Assembly: GCA_963705295.1 (NCBI GenBank)
Contig: OY970065.1
Span: 864,001 to 928,000, forward strand
Direction: 5' to 3'
DNA from: Parachlamydiales bacterium
Lineage (GTDB): Bacteria; Chlamydiota; Chlamydiia; Chlamydiales; Rhabdochlamydiaceae
DNA length: 64,000 nt
Part shown: positions 31,076-40,737 of the stretch, in pieces
Layout: every line of letters begins with the position of its first letter
How positions within the stretch are numbered: the stretch's first letter is position 1
Position numbers and translations under genes: made by a program
The notes under the pieces: generated by a model
The model's database searches: none
What the model was told of the DNA's origin: nothing
The model's input: the letters and a program-made list of their open reading frames with translations, nothing else

Positions 31076-31513
31076 CTAAACGATGCCTACTCGAATATGT
31101 TGATGTTGGGAGGGGTTTACAGCCATGAGCAATTCTTCATATTTTTCTAAAGTAACACTGAGATGACCTCTTTCATATTGAGCATAAGCATTTGGCGATT
31201 TTGAACCGAGTCGTTTGGATACATCTCTCACAGTCGAATTGCTTTTCTCTCGTTGTTTTATCAATGAAAGAGATAACAAAATCTTTGTATCTTTAGCGGT
31301 AATACCAATCACATCGTCTTCACGAAGAAAAGCTTTTACACCTAGTTTTTTTCCTACTTTATCTTCAAAATAGCATTCGATAAGACCAGTAACAGCATCT
31401 TCGATCATACGTAATGCATCTTTTCTGGATTTGCCTTGCGTCATTGCATCTAATATGGGTATTTCGACAAGCCAAAACTTTCCGTCTTTCCAAATTCTTC
31501 CTTCTAATTCCAT
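31076..31513 (-). CDS. hicB: HicB-family antitoxin with C-terminal HTH
   Basis: WLVEIPILDAMTQGKSRKDALRMIEDA, followed by the HTH-like VRDVSKRLGSKSPNAYAQYE. Confidence 0.85.
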   Translation of the reverse strand: MELEGRIWKDGKFWLVEIPILDAMTQGKSRKDALRMIEDAVTGLIECYFEDKVGKKLGVKAFLREDDVIGITAKDTKILLSLSLIKQREKSNSTVRDVSKRLGSKSPNAYAQYERGHLSVTLEKYEELLMAVNPSQHQHIRVGIV

Positions 31514-31520
31514 AAATCCC

Positions 31521-31705
31521 TCATCTTTTAGGCGGGTTATTTTTAGCCGTTTTTAAAATCTTTCTCGCCAGATTCTCATTTATCTCATTATGCCTTGGAA
31601 CAGATTCATGAATTTGGCCGTACGTCCAGTAATCATGACTTCCTCCATGCCTTTGCAGACACCAGCCTAGTTTCCGCAGTTCTCGTTCAAGGTCTTTTTT
31701 TTCAT
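31521..31705 (-). CDS. hicA: HicA-family toxin; the reading frame needs a -1 shift at A8G just after the start codon
   Basis: KDLERELRKLGW.LQRHGGSHDYW....ESVPRHNEINENLARKILK. The start reads ATG-AAAAAAAA-GAC. Confidence 0.82.
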
Positions 31706-31718
31706 CCCCGCTACTCTT

Positions 31719-31747
31719 ATTGTACATAGCACTATATACAAAGTCAA
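31719..31747 (-). promoter_or_regulatory. Sigma70-type promoter with operator palindrome for hicAB
   Basis: TTGACT-17 nt-TACAAT, overlapped by TGTATATAG-TG-CTATGTACA. Confidence 0.78.
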
Positions 31748-31890
31748 AGATTTCAGCAATTAGAATTTAAGTCATTGATCACCATCGTTCTAAAAGCCGG
31801 GCGTGACAATTTTGGTTAATGGTGTAAAAAGTACGAAATCAATTTCATACCGCAATTTTGACGCACTAGGCTAGATTAAACTGGCTGAAA

Positions 31891-32103
31891 ATGGACTCCA
31901 TCAAAGAACGGTTTGGCTTGGAGGTCGGAGGCATTCCGTCCTTCGGCAATCTTCTAGGCCTCGATGTCTATTTCGACATCACCATCCAAAATTGCAAGGA
32001 AGTCATCTTTAGCTGCGGTCTCGTGAATGAATCGGTGCGCATGAAGCTCGCCGACCTCATCCCCTTGGTCCACCCGCAATTTGCAAGGCTAGCTAAGGAA
32101 TAA
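31891..32103 (+). pseudogene. C-terminal fragment of a YbaK/EbsC-like aminoacyl-tRNA deacylase
   Basis: GLEVGGIPSFG...VYFD...FSCG....SVRM...DL. The N-terminal half is missing and an in-frame stop lies just upstream. Confidence 0.7.
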
Positions 32104-32219
32104 CGCTATTAAATAACTGGCTATAATAGGTCTTTGCTAGTGATCTCACGGAACCTTCTTTTTGAACCGTTCGGAAATTCCGAATAGTTGCTGTTTCAGA
32201 GATTTCCTTTTGCTCATAA

Positions 32220-32717
32220 TTAGTCCCACCATTGGTGGATTTTCTTATGCAGGTGGGTAAATAAATAGTCAAAGTCTGCTTTTTCCTTGGCTCGTTTGCG
32301 CTTATCCCATCGATTTCGGGCCTTTTTGCAATAAGGACATGAAAGATCGATCATCCGATACAGGTTCGGCTCTCCTGACTTACTAACCCGACGGTCAAAT
32401 TGCCAAATTTTTTCAGGGCAATGACACTTTCCTCTTTTTTCTTCGTCTTCCAATTGTTTTGAAAGATTCCAATAAAAATCGGTAAATCCCATTCGAGCTA
32501 AGAGAGTCTCAGCAATTTTCATATCGCGTACATGTTTTTCATAACCTTGGTGACGTTTATTTTTTTCTATTTCCTGACGCATTCGGGAAATCTTAAATCT
32601 AAGAAGTTCAAACAAATATGAATGATCCCAATCTTCATCTTTCCAGAGTATTGGAATCCATGCAACGATTCGCTTAATGCGACGATAACCATTTCTAAAA
32701 TAGCTTGGCAGGCCCAT
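32220..32717 (-). CDS. Hypothetical protein resembling a common phage protein family
   Basis: WIPILWKDEDWDHSYL..LLRFK and C-terminal IHQWWD (recognised from memory). Confidence 0.65.
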   Translation of the reverse strand: MGLPSYFRNGYRRIKRIVAWIPILWKDEDWDHSYLFELLRFKISRMRQEIEKNKRHQGYEKHVRDMKIAETLLARMGFTDFYWNLSKQLEDEEKRGKCHCPEKIWQFDRRVSKSGEPNLYRMIDLSCPYCKKARNRWDKRKRAKEKADFDYLFTHLHKKIHQWWD

Positions 32718-32849
32718 ACTATGTTTTCTTTTGGTAAATATCTAGTACACAGCGACCTCCATTAGAGAAAATTTTAGCATACTGTCCTGTATTTTTTTCC
32801 AATAAAACTGGCGTAAAAGAGCAACGGCTAGTAGAATTTCACATAATTA

Positions 32850-33006
32850 TTAACCCGAGGGGTCAAAAGGTGACAAGATGCGCTGCGAGGCAAAGCCAGA
32901 TTGATTCTCGCGAGGAATACATTCTTGAATACGAAGGATACCGAGCGAGAATCGATATGGCGAAGCCGCAGCAAGCAGGTTGTCACCTTTTGACCCCTCG
33001 GGTTAA
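32850..33006 (+). repeat. Long-hairpin MITE-like element type B
   Basis: Perfect 31-bp inverted repeat 32846-32876/32980-33010 with TTAACCC...GGGTTAA ends. The inner module is shared with 1-59. Confidence 0.95.
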
Positions 33007-33026
33007 TAATCTAAAGGAGATTCGAA

Positions 33027-33413
33027 ATGCGAATATGGTCTGATGTCATTGGACAGTGTATGGTGACTTGTGGTGTTAGTCTTTATTTGTGTTCTAGGTT
33101 TTTTCCTGTTCAACGGCCTTGGGATTATGCAGGGATGATCACTCTCAACTCGGCTATTAACACGGTAGCATTTTTGGCGCTGGCTCATACGAAATATTCT
33201 CCCTCTCATGGGTTGGGAAGCTTGGCCTATATGACCGTTTCTTTTCTATCTCCTTTGCTATGTCAGCAAATTGGAAGGAGGTGGGGAATCCAAACACCCC
33301 GCTATATTGAAATGGTGGGTTATACAGTTCTTACAGCGAGAATTAACACATCTATCATGAATTTAAAGGGTGTGAGTTGGAATTTCTTGCGACCTCAACA
33401 AGTTATCAGATGA
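33027..33413 (+). CDS. Hypothetical membrane protein
   Basis: 128 aa, AAGGAG SD, hydrophobic segments. Confidence 0.7.
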   Translation: MRIWSDVIGQCMVTCGVSLYLCSRFFPVQRPWDYAGMITLNSAINTVAFLALAHTKYSPSHGLGSLAYMTVSFLSPLLCQQIGRRWGIQTPRYIEMVGYTVLTARINTSIMNLKGVSWNFLRPQQVIR

Positions 33414-33922
33414 TAAGCAAATACTGGATTGGACTTTGTTTGATCTGTCTGGGTATGAATCATGAGGAAGGATTGAAATTTGTAGAGTTAAATGATTATG
33501 CGGAGTTCATTCCGGTGGTTGCACAGTGGCAGTACGACGATTGGCACGGGTATGACAAGTCATTGACTTTGGAGAAATTGATGGAAGGATTCAAAGATCA
33601 AACGACGATTGTCGCTTTTAATGATCAGGTGCCTATGGGGAGTATTTCACTGCAAAAAGAAGGGGAACCGGAGTTTTCTGATTTGGGGGATGTTCTATGG
33701 GTCGGGACTTTTCACGTGATTCCGAATGAGAGAAACAAAGGAATTGGTACGAAGTTGGGACTAGTCGCGCTTGAGATGGCACGCCGTTTGGGGTACCGAG
33801 AGGTCTATTTTTACACATCGGATGTTTCGAACGTTGCCAAATATGTCAAAAAAGGTGCCCAGGTCTTTGATTCGAGGCCTTTCCGAGGTCATACGATTAC
33901 ATTAATGAAGATCGGCGTCTAA
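33410..33922 (+). CDS. GNAT family N-acetyltransferase
   Basis: Acetyl-CoA motif VIPNERNKGIGTKL, with ATGA overlap to the upstream gene. Confidence 0.85.
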   Translation: MISKYWIGLCLICLGMNHEEGLKFVELNDYAEFIPVVAQWQYDDWHGYDKSLTLEKLMEGFKDQTTIVAFNDQVPMGSISLQKEGEPEFSDLGDVLWVGTFHVIPNERNKGIGTKLGLVALEMARRLGYREVYFYTSDVSNVAKYVKKGAQVFDSRPFRGHTITLMKIGV

Positions 33923-35599
33923 TTTCATCCACCGAATGTAGAGTTGTTCAAGTCTAGCTTCTGCAAGGCCTATTTGCGTGCAGATGTCATTAAGAAGAGA
34001 AGGATTTTGAGTACCTTCTAGGGAGAGATTGAGCTGCTGGATTTCTTTTTCTAGTTGGGTGATTTTTCCTTCTATTTCTTGAAATTCCTTTTTTTCCAGG
34101 TAAGACAATTTCTGTTTAGGTTTTGGAGTGTGTGTTTTCTCTTTGGGTTTTTGAGCTGGGGGAAGGGGATTGCCGAGGGGGAGAAAGGTGTTGCAAATCC
34201 GAGAGAGCATGCATCGATCATGGGTGATGAGCATGATGGCTCCTGGAAAATCGACGAGGCTTTCTTCGAGGGTTTCGAGGGTTGGAATATCGAGATCGTT
34301 TGTTGGTTCATCGAGGAGGAGGATGTCAGCCGGTTGAAGCATGAGGTGGGCGATGGAGATACGGGCCCTTTCACCACCGGAGAGTTTTTCAAGGGGCATG
34401 TCGAGAATATCAGGGGAGAAGAGAAACCGTTTGCACCATCCGTTGATGTGGATCTTTTGTCCGCGAAAGTTGACAAAATCTCCTGTGGGTGAGAGGGCTT
34501 GCCGGAGTGTGGTATCTAGGGGGAGTTGACTCCGATGTTGATCAAAGTAGACGATTTTTAGTCCGTCGACTTTTTTAAGGGTTCCAAGGTCTGGTTTGAT
34601 TTCTTCCGCAATGATTTTGAGCAGGGTTGTTTTGCCAGAGCCATTGGGGCCCATGAGTCCGATCCGTGTTCCTGGAGAAAGGATGAAATCGAGATGTTCG
34701 AAAAGAAGCCGGTCTCCGATCTGTTTGGAGAGATTTTTCGCAACAACGAGTTTGCGGGTTTCTCGCTGGGTTGCAGAAAAATCGATAGCGGCCCTTTTCT
34801 GACGATTTCTCCCTTTGACTTGAGATAGTTCCTGGAAGAGTTCATGAGCATCGCTCACACGCGATTTAGATTTGGAAGTCCGTGCTTTGGGCGATTGCCG
34901 GAGCCAATCGAGTTCCCGCCGGGCTTTGGAAGACAAAGATCTTTCTTGCTCCAGCTGTCCCTGGAGAAAATGTTCTTTTTTTTCGAGAAAATGGGAGTAA
35001 GAGCCATCGATCGCAAAAAGGCCTCCTGGATAGACAGGGTTGATCTCAACAACCCTATTAACCATATTTTGAAGGAAATACCGGTCGTGGCTCACCAGAA
35101 TGTAGGAGATGGCCTCGCGGATTAAAAATTTTTCTAACCATAGAATCCCTTCGAGATCGAGGTGGTTGGTTGGTTCGTCGAGAAGAAGGAGATCGGGGGA
35201 AGAGATGAGCGCCTCAGCCAAACTCAATCTTTTTTTCCATCCTCCTGAGAGTTGATCGGCTGTCGGTTCGTTTCCTGTAAACCCGAGCTTGCTGAGCCAC
35301 GTTTCAACGAGAAGCTCATTCTCAGGTGCCAATTTTAGTAGAATTTCTTTGGGAGATTCGGAGGGGAATTCGGAAGATTGAGGAACATAAGCCACTCGGA
35401 GTCCGCGTCTTGCAGAAAAAGTGCCGCTACTCGGTTGTTCCAACCCTGCAAGAATCTTTAATAAAGTCGATTTCCCAGATCCATTGGGGCCTATGAGTCC
35501 AACCCTGTCTTTCAAGAAAATACTAAACGAAAGTCGTTCAAATAGAAGACGATGACCGTACGATTTTGACAGAGATTGGCAGTTGAGAAGAAGGGTCAT
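33902..35599 (-). CDS. ABC-F family ATPase (Uup-like)
   Basis: Two ABC domains (GPNGSGKS/T, LSGG, LDEPTN), no TM segments, C-terminal coiled coil. Confidence 0.92.
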   Translation of the reverse strand: MTLLLNCQSLSKSYGHRLLFERLSFSIFLKDRVGLIGPNGSGKSTLLKILAGLEQPSSGTFSARRGLRVAYVPQSSEFPSESPKEILLKLAPENELLVETWLSKLGFTGNEPTADQLSGGWKKRLSLAEALISSPDLLLLDEPTNHLDLEGILWLEKFLIREAISYILVSHDRYFLQNMVNRVVEINPVYPGGLFAIDGSYSHFLEKKEHFLQGQLEQERSLSSKARRELDWLRQSPKARTSKSKSRVSDAHELFQELSQVKGRNRQKRAAIDFSATQRETRKLVVAKNLSKQIGDRLLFEHLDFILSPGTRIGLMGPNGSGKTTLLKIIAEEIKPDLGTLKKVDGLKIVYFDQHRSQLPLDTTLRQALSPTGDFVNFRGQKIHINGWCKRFLFSPDILDMPLEKLSGGERARISIAHLMLQPADILLLDEPTNDLDIPTLETLEESLVDFPGAIMLITHDRCMLSRICNTFLPLGNPLPPAQKPKEKTHTPKPKQKLSYLEKKEFQEIEGKITQLEKEIQQLNLSLEGTQNPSLLNDICTQIGLAEARLEQLYIRWMKLDADLH

Positions 35600-35670
35600 T
35601 AGATAAGTTTATCCGATCGGGAGCTTTAAAAGGGTATCTATTTTGGATGAGATCTGTCATACTTACTCAC

Positions 35671-36876
35671 ATGACAAATTTTGAAAGCCTCGGACTGCCC
35701 TCGGAACTGGTGGAGTCCCTTAAACGGATGCAAATCACGGTTCCGACACCGATCCAAACAGCAGCGATTCCTCCAGCTCTGAGGGGTGTTGATATTTTAG
35801 CTTCAGCCCAAACCGGGACTGGTAAAACAGTCGCCTATTCGATTCCTTTAATTATGAAATTATCGGGCAACCCCTTAGCGGGCAACAGGGCTTCAGCACT
35901 GATTTTAACCCCGACCCGGGAGCTCGCATTTCAGGTGCAGCAGATGTTGAATCAAATTCTTGGACCTTCATCCAGATTTAAAACTGTCCTCCTGATCGGT
36001 GGTGCATCGATGTCGAAGCAGATGAAAGATCTCAAGCAGAGGCCGCAGCTCATCATTGGGACCCCTGGACGTATCAATGACCATTTAGAGCGCGGCACTC
36101 TTATTTTGAGGGAGACCGGGTTTTTGATTATTGACGAAGCCGATCGTATGTTAGACATGGGATTTGGAGTTCAGCTCGAAAAAATCGTTGAGTTCCTTCC
36201 TCAAAAACGTCAAACGCTGATGTTTTCTGCGACCGTTCCGCCGAATATCGAAAGGCTGACAAGAAAATATTTGAAAGATCCCGAGAGGATTTCTATCGGA
36301 TCATCCGTCCAACCGATCTCGAAGATCAAGCAAGAAATCCTTCACACTTCAGGACCTGAGAAGTTCCCCGAGCTCCTGAGGCAACTCGATAAAAGAGAGG
36401 GTTCGATCTTGGTATTCGTGAAAACGCGGCGTGGAGCAGATCGGATGTCTCGAGAGTTACAAAAGAAAGGTTATAATGCAGATTCCATTCATGGAGATTT
36501 GCCACAGAGACGTCGAGAGAAAGTCATCCATGCGTTCAGAAGTGGAAAGAATCGGATTTTGGTTGCGACCGATGTCGCTGCTCGTGGTCTCGACATTCCT
36601 CATATCATGCACGTGATTAATCACGATCTGCCTCAGTGTCCCGAAGACTATATCCACCGTATTGGAAGAACAGCAAGAGCAGGAGCCGAAGGAAATGCGC
36701 TCTGTCTCATTTCACCCGAAGATGGCCAAAAATGGAGAGCGATCTGTTTATTAATGGATCCGACCTCAAAAGTTTCAGGAAGTAAACAGGTCCATAGAAA
36801 ATCCAAACCTCAGAGACGATTTTTCAAAAAATTCAACCAACGACATTCAAGAAAGCAAAAATCGTTCAACTCATGA
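35671..36876 (+). CDS. DEAD-box RNA helicase
   Basis: AQTGTGKT, PTRELA, DEADRMLDMGF, SAT and HRIGRTARAG. Confidence 0.96.
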   Translation: MTNFESLGLPSELVESLKRMQITVPTPIQTAAIPPALRGVDILASAQTGTGKTVAYSIPLIMKLSGNPLAGNRASALILTPTRELAFQVQQMLNQILGPSSRFKTVLLIGGASMSKQMKDLKQRPQLIIGTPGRINDHLERGTLILRETGFLIIDEADRMLDMGFGVQLEKIVEFLPQKRQTLMFSATVPPNIERLTRKYLKDPERISIGSSVQPISKIKQEILHTSGPEKFPELLRQLDKREGSILVFVKTRRGADRMSRELQKKGYNADSIHGDLPQRRREKVIHAFRSGKNRILVATDVAARGLDIPHIMHVINHDLPQCPEDYIHRIGRTARAGAEGNALCLISPEDGQKWRAICLLMDPTSKVSGSKQVHRKSKPQRRFFKKFNQRHSRKQKSFNS

Positions 36877-36940
36877 CACTTAAATTTTTCTTTTTCTGTT
36901 TATAATATTAGAAAATAATTTAACATGTTGCAAAAAGGAT

Positions 36941-38404
36941 ATGGATATGGACATATTTCTGCGCATGTTTTTTCTTTTGCTGCTAAGCTTTTCTTCTTTC
37001 AGTTATGCCTCTTCCGATGAGGTTGATCCCAAAGCTTACAAGCAACTCATGAGTCAATGCCACGATAAATCTAAAAGCGCGAGAAGAGCGCTTGATCTTG
37101 AACTGTCAGATGCAGTTAAGCGTGTATGTCAGTTTACATTGCCAAGCATTTCTGCTACTGGAGATCAGGTCTATATATTTTATGAAAATCCCGTAGGCTT
37201 TAATGCTGCAGAACTATTTAATAACGTTAATGGCAAATTGAAAACTGCTCGGACCTTGCCGGTTGATCCCAAGTTCCCCGTCTTGCTTTCGGGTTATGCT
37301 TCACCGGATTTTACTCGATTTTCAATCCTTGATCAACCTAACTCTGACACCCCTCATATAAAGTCTAGGATTCGTATTCTTGATCAGAACTTTAAGGTTG
37401 TTGCAAAACGACTGTTTTCTACCCCTGTACAAACTGTCTTTCCCTTTTCATCCTTATTTAGCGGGGGTGCTTTCAGTGATGATAGTAAACACGTTGTCGT
37501 TACTTATATCAATAATCCTCTTGCTGCTAATGCAATCTCAACCCTTTTGGTTCTACGTGCCTCCGACCTTACCACTGTTGCTGAAAATAATTCGGTGAGT
37601 GGCTTTGATGGTGCTCCCTTGCTTTTTAACCTGACTAAAAAATGTCGTAAAAGTCTCTATATTTCATTCACGAGTTCCCAAGGCCAAGATACTGAACAAC
37701 CTCTTGAAAGTATTGATAATACAAATTTACCCCCCTATTTTGATCAAGTATATAAAGTTGATCTCCATGCCGGTACCATCACATTGGTTGATGAATTGCC
37801 ACTGCCAAAATTTGCCGAGAAGGATGTTTTGTCTCGTGGTTCTGATGCTCTGATTGCCCATGGCGGCTTTGAATCTTCTTTTCCCAACTCAATATCCATC
37901 TACAAGCCACTTCCCTCTCAGCTTTTGACGCAACTACCTGGGGATAACTCTGAAGCTCGCGTCAGTCTATTCGATGGAAAAAAACTGAAAGTTGTCATTA
38001 AGCAAGCCCTAGATAATTGTAATGCTACGACCATCTATCCACCGGGTTTGGGGTGTTCTTATTGCTTGGGTCAGAATACGTATTTTACGGTCTTCCCTGG
38101 TAGTGATGACGATTTAAGTTTTCAAAGTGAATTCTATAGCTTGGTTGCTATAGAGAAGAATTCTTCTGGAAAGCTTGTCTTCAGACCTCAAAATCTGCCC
38201 AATCAAGAGGGAGCCCATAACGCAACTGTGTTTAGTGCCGACGGTAAATGGTTTTTGCGCACAGGCCCCTATGGCTTTAATGTTCCACCCAAGTATAAAC
38301 CGCATCCCGATCTTCTTGGCATAAGCAATATTATTTTAAAAAGGGTGACTTCCGATTCTTATACTCCCACTTGTAAAATCCGTAAAAAAAACTCAGAAGA
38401 CTAG
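36941..38404 (+). CDS. Hypothetical exported protein, possibly a beta-propeller
   Basis: Signal peptide and FSDDSK/FSADGK/ASPDF turn motifs. Confidence 0.7.
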   Translation: MDMDIFLRMFFLLLLSFSSFSYASSDEVDPKAYKQLMSQCHDKSKSARRALDLELSDAVKRVCQFTLPSISATGDQVYIFYENPVGFNAAELFNNVNGKLKTARTLPVDPKFPVLLSGYASPDFTRFSILDQPNSDTPHIKSRIRILDQNFKVVAKRLFSTPVQTVFPFSSLFSGGAFSDDSKHVVVTYINNPLAANAISTLLVLRASDLTTVAENNSVSGFDGAPLLFNLTKKCRKSLYISFTSSQGQDTEQPLESIDNTNLPPYFDQVYKVDLHAGTITLVDELPLPKFAEKDVLSRGSDALIAHGGFESSFPNSISIYKPLPSQLLTQLPGDNSEARVSLFDGKKLKVVIKQALDNCNATTIYPPGLGCSYCLGQNTYFTVFPGSDDDLSFQSEFYSLVAIEKNSSGKLVFRPQNLPNQEGAHNATVFSADGKWFLRTGPYGFNVPPKYKPHPDLLGISNIILKRVTSDSYTPTCKIRKKNSED

Positions 38405-38455
38405 ATTATCTACTCTAAACCAAGTAAACTTGTTTGAACCATTTCAAGGAGACTT

Positions 38456-39094
38456 ATGAAATTTAAACCGATTATATTGCTCTCTCTAGTCGCATGTTCA
38501 CTCGATTACGGGTATGCAAATGAACTCCTCCAAAAGATTCAGCCTGGTCTACAAGCTGCCGTTTCAAAAAACGATACCTTGAATAAAGATTTATTAGGGG
38601 AGCTTTTCCGTATGCGGCTCTTGCAGATTGTAGCAAGAAGTGATCATTTTGCTCTTGTCGACATGGAAATGATTGTTAAACTGAATAAAAAGCAGAATAC
38701 GCGGCTCAAAGAAATCATTGCAGAATTCGGATGGCCTGGAATACGGCTTTTGGGGCTAGATGGGTCTTCGGCTATGCGTAAATTAGTTCACTATCAAACA
38801 GGCGATCTCGAGTTTCAAAAAACTTGCTTAGAGCTTCTTCACGAAGCGGTGGAGAAACAAGATGCACAGTTTCGAGACTATGCTTTTCTTCTAGACGAGA
38901 TTCTTGTGTTGGAAAATAAACCACAGATTTACGGAACAAAATGGACATGCAAGGAGGGGAAATATACCCTCTATCCTACTCAAGATCTTGAAAATCTCAA
39001 CCAGCGAAGGCAGGAAGCAGGTCTATGCTCTTTTGAAGAATACAAAGAGTATTTCAAACAATCCTTTTTTCTAACCGATACAGATTTTGAGTGA
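38456..39094 (+). CDS. DUF6624-like exported protein
   Basis: LKEIIAEFGWPG, YAFLLD...PQIYGT and LNQRRQEAGL. Confidence 0.75.
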   Translation: MKFKPIILLSLVACSLDYGYANELLQKIQPGLQAAVSKNDTLNKDLLGELFRMRLLQIVARSDHFALVDMEMIVKLNKKQNTRLKEIIAEFGWPGIRLLGLDGSSAMRKLVHYQTGDLEFQKTCLELLHEAVEKQDAQFRDYAFLLDEILVLENKPQIYGTKWTCKEGKYTLYPTQDLENLNQRRQEAGLCSFEEYKEYFKQSFFLTDTDFE

Positions 39095-39106
39095 AGTTTT
39101 TTATCC

Positions 39107-40099
39107 TCATAGTAAGTTCGGATCAAGAACGACATGTTTGATGTTTTTACGGTTCCATGTATATGTGACGTGAATTTTTCCATCTTTGGTTTGGATCACG
39201 CAGGGGTATGAAAATTCTCCTCTCGAATCTTCTAATGTGACGTGCATTTTCCACGTTTCTCCACCATCTGTTGAAAGGGCAATGTTAAGAGGGGACCGGT
39301 ATTCCTTCGAGTGGTTATAAACAAGAAGGATGCGACCATCAACGAGGTTGATTGCATCAATGGCGGCGTTTGGATTGGGGAGGGAAGTGGGTTGAGCGGA
39401 GGACCATGTTTTGCCCAGGTCGTGAGATTCTGCAGCACAAATGGATCCGATTTGATGAGACCGGGCAAGCAGTTTGATGGTTCCATTTTTTGAAAAAAAT
39501 AGGGCAGGTTGGATCATTCCAAAGAGTTGAGAGGGAACATTAATCGGGGTGCTTTTATGCCATGTCAGGCCGTTATCCGTTGTGATATCGATCCAACAAC
39601 CCCACCGTTTCCAGCTCTCGATGGACGAACCGCAGAGCATTGTACCGTTGGGAAGTAAGAGAGGTCTGTTTTTGATGGGTCCCAAAATTCCTGCTGGTAA
39701 CAGTTCTGCTTCAGACCAACATTTCCCATGATCGTGAGACCGTTTTATAAATCCAGACCATTGTTCAGGATTTCGTCCTGCTTTATAAAATAGAATAACT
39801 TCTTTAGAAGGAAGTGTATACAAAACTGGATTCCAACAAGGAACGTCTTGCTCCTCCGCAACTTTACAGGGTAAACTCCATTCTTGATCGTGATTGGATA
39901 GCCAGATGGCAACATCAAGGGCGCCTTCTTCTGTCCCTCCAAAACAGGCACAGAGAAGAGATCCAGAATCGGTTTGTGTCAATGTAGATGCATGACATGA
40001 GGGGAATGGAGGATCATTAAAAATGAACTCACTTTTAATAATTGAAGGATGGGTCGCTTCTAAAATGGAGCAAATTAAAAGAAAGAATAAATATTTCAT
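39107..40099 (-). CDS. BNR-repeat sialidase-like glycoside hydrolase
   Basis: Asp boxes SHDHGKCW, SHDLGKTW and STDGGETW, plus SCHAST, EFSYP and a signal peptide. Confidence 0.88.
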   Translation of the reverse strand: MKYLFFLLICSILEATHPSIIKSEFIFNDPPFPSCHASTLTQTDSGSLLCACFGGTEEGALDVAIWLSNHDQEWSLPCKVAEEQDVPCWNPVLYTLPSKEVILFYKAGRNPEQWSGFIKRSHDHGKCWSEAELLPAGILGPIKNRPLLLPNGTMLCGSSIESWKRWGCWIDITTDNGLTWHKSTPINVPSQLFGMIQPALFFSKNGTIKLLARSHQIGSICAAESHDLGKTWSSAQPTSLPNPNAAIDAINLVDGRILLVYNHSKEYRSPLNIALSTDGGETWKMHVTLEDSRGEFSYPCVIQTKDGKIHVTYTWNRKNIKHVVLDPNLL

Positions 40100-40116
40100 T
40101 CAGGCCATTCTAATCT

Positions 40117-40290
40117 TTATTCAGCGGATTTGCAAGCTTCGGAGCATTCGTGGCAGATAGCAGCGCATTGCTGACAATGTTCGGCCTTTACTTTGGAACA
40201 CTCTTCTGCGCAGGCACTGCAGATGGTGAGGCATTTCAGCATGCTTTGCATGTGGCCATGAGAGGCACGAGGGAAAGCTGTATATGTCAT
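40117..40290 (-). CDS. 57-aa Cys-rich protein, half-size four-helix-bundle copper-binding (Csp/DUF326-like); absent from the ORF track
   Basis: AGGAG SD, then MTYTAFPRASHGHMQSMLKCLTICSACAEECSKVKAEHCQQCAAICHECSEACKSAE. Confidence 0.8.
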   Translation of the reverse strand: MTYTAFPRASHGHMQSMLKCLTICSACAEECSKVKAEHCQQCAAICHECSEACKSAE

Positions 40291-40374
40291 AGGGTCTCCT
40301 TTTGAGACTGTTATATAAAAAAATTATTTTAATTAAAGAGTGATCTCCTTATAGATAGGTAAAAAGAGGAGATT

Positions 40375-40737
40375 ATGTCGAAAAAAATTGTATCGCTCGC
40401 ATTGCTTGGAATTACAGCCAGCTTTGGATTGTCCATGCCCCTTTCAGGTTGGCAAAGAAAGGCAATGGATGATTGTAAAAAAGATGAAAAAAGTTGCAAG
40501 AAAGAAGCCGACAAAAAAGATCAGGAAGCTTGTAAAAAAGATGTTGAGGCTTGTCGAAAAAATGCCCCAAAGAAAGATTTGGCTTCCTTTGAATCGGAAT
40601 TAAGTCGTCATTCTCGCTCCATTTACAAGAAATTTTCTGATGATCAGAAGAGAAAAGCCATGGATTATGCCGACGGAACCAAGATGTCTCCCGATGACGC
40701 TGTCGGAAAAGTCGAGAGTGATCGTCTCAAATATTAA
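40375..40737 (+). CDS. Small exported protein with C(K/R)Kx heptad-like repeats
   Basis: GAGGAG SD, signal peptide and DDCKKD/SCKKE/ACKKD/ACRKN. Confidence 0.75.
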   Translation: MSKKIVSLALLGITASFGLSMPLSGWQRKAMDDCKKDEKSCKKEADKKDQEACKKDVEACRKNAPKKDLASFESELSRHSRSIYKKFSDDQKRKAMDYADGTKMSPDDAVGKVESDRLKY

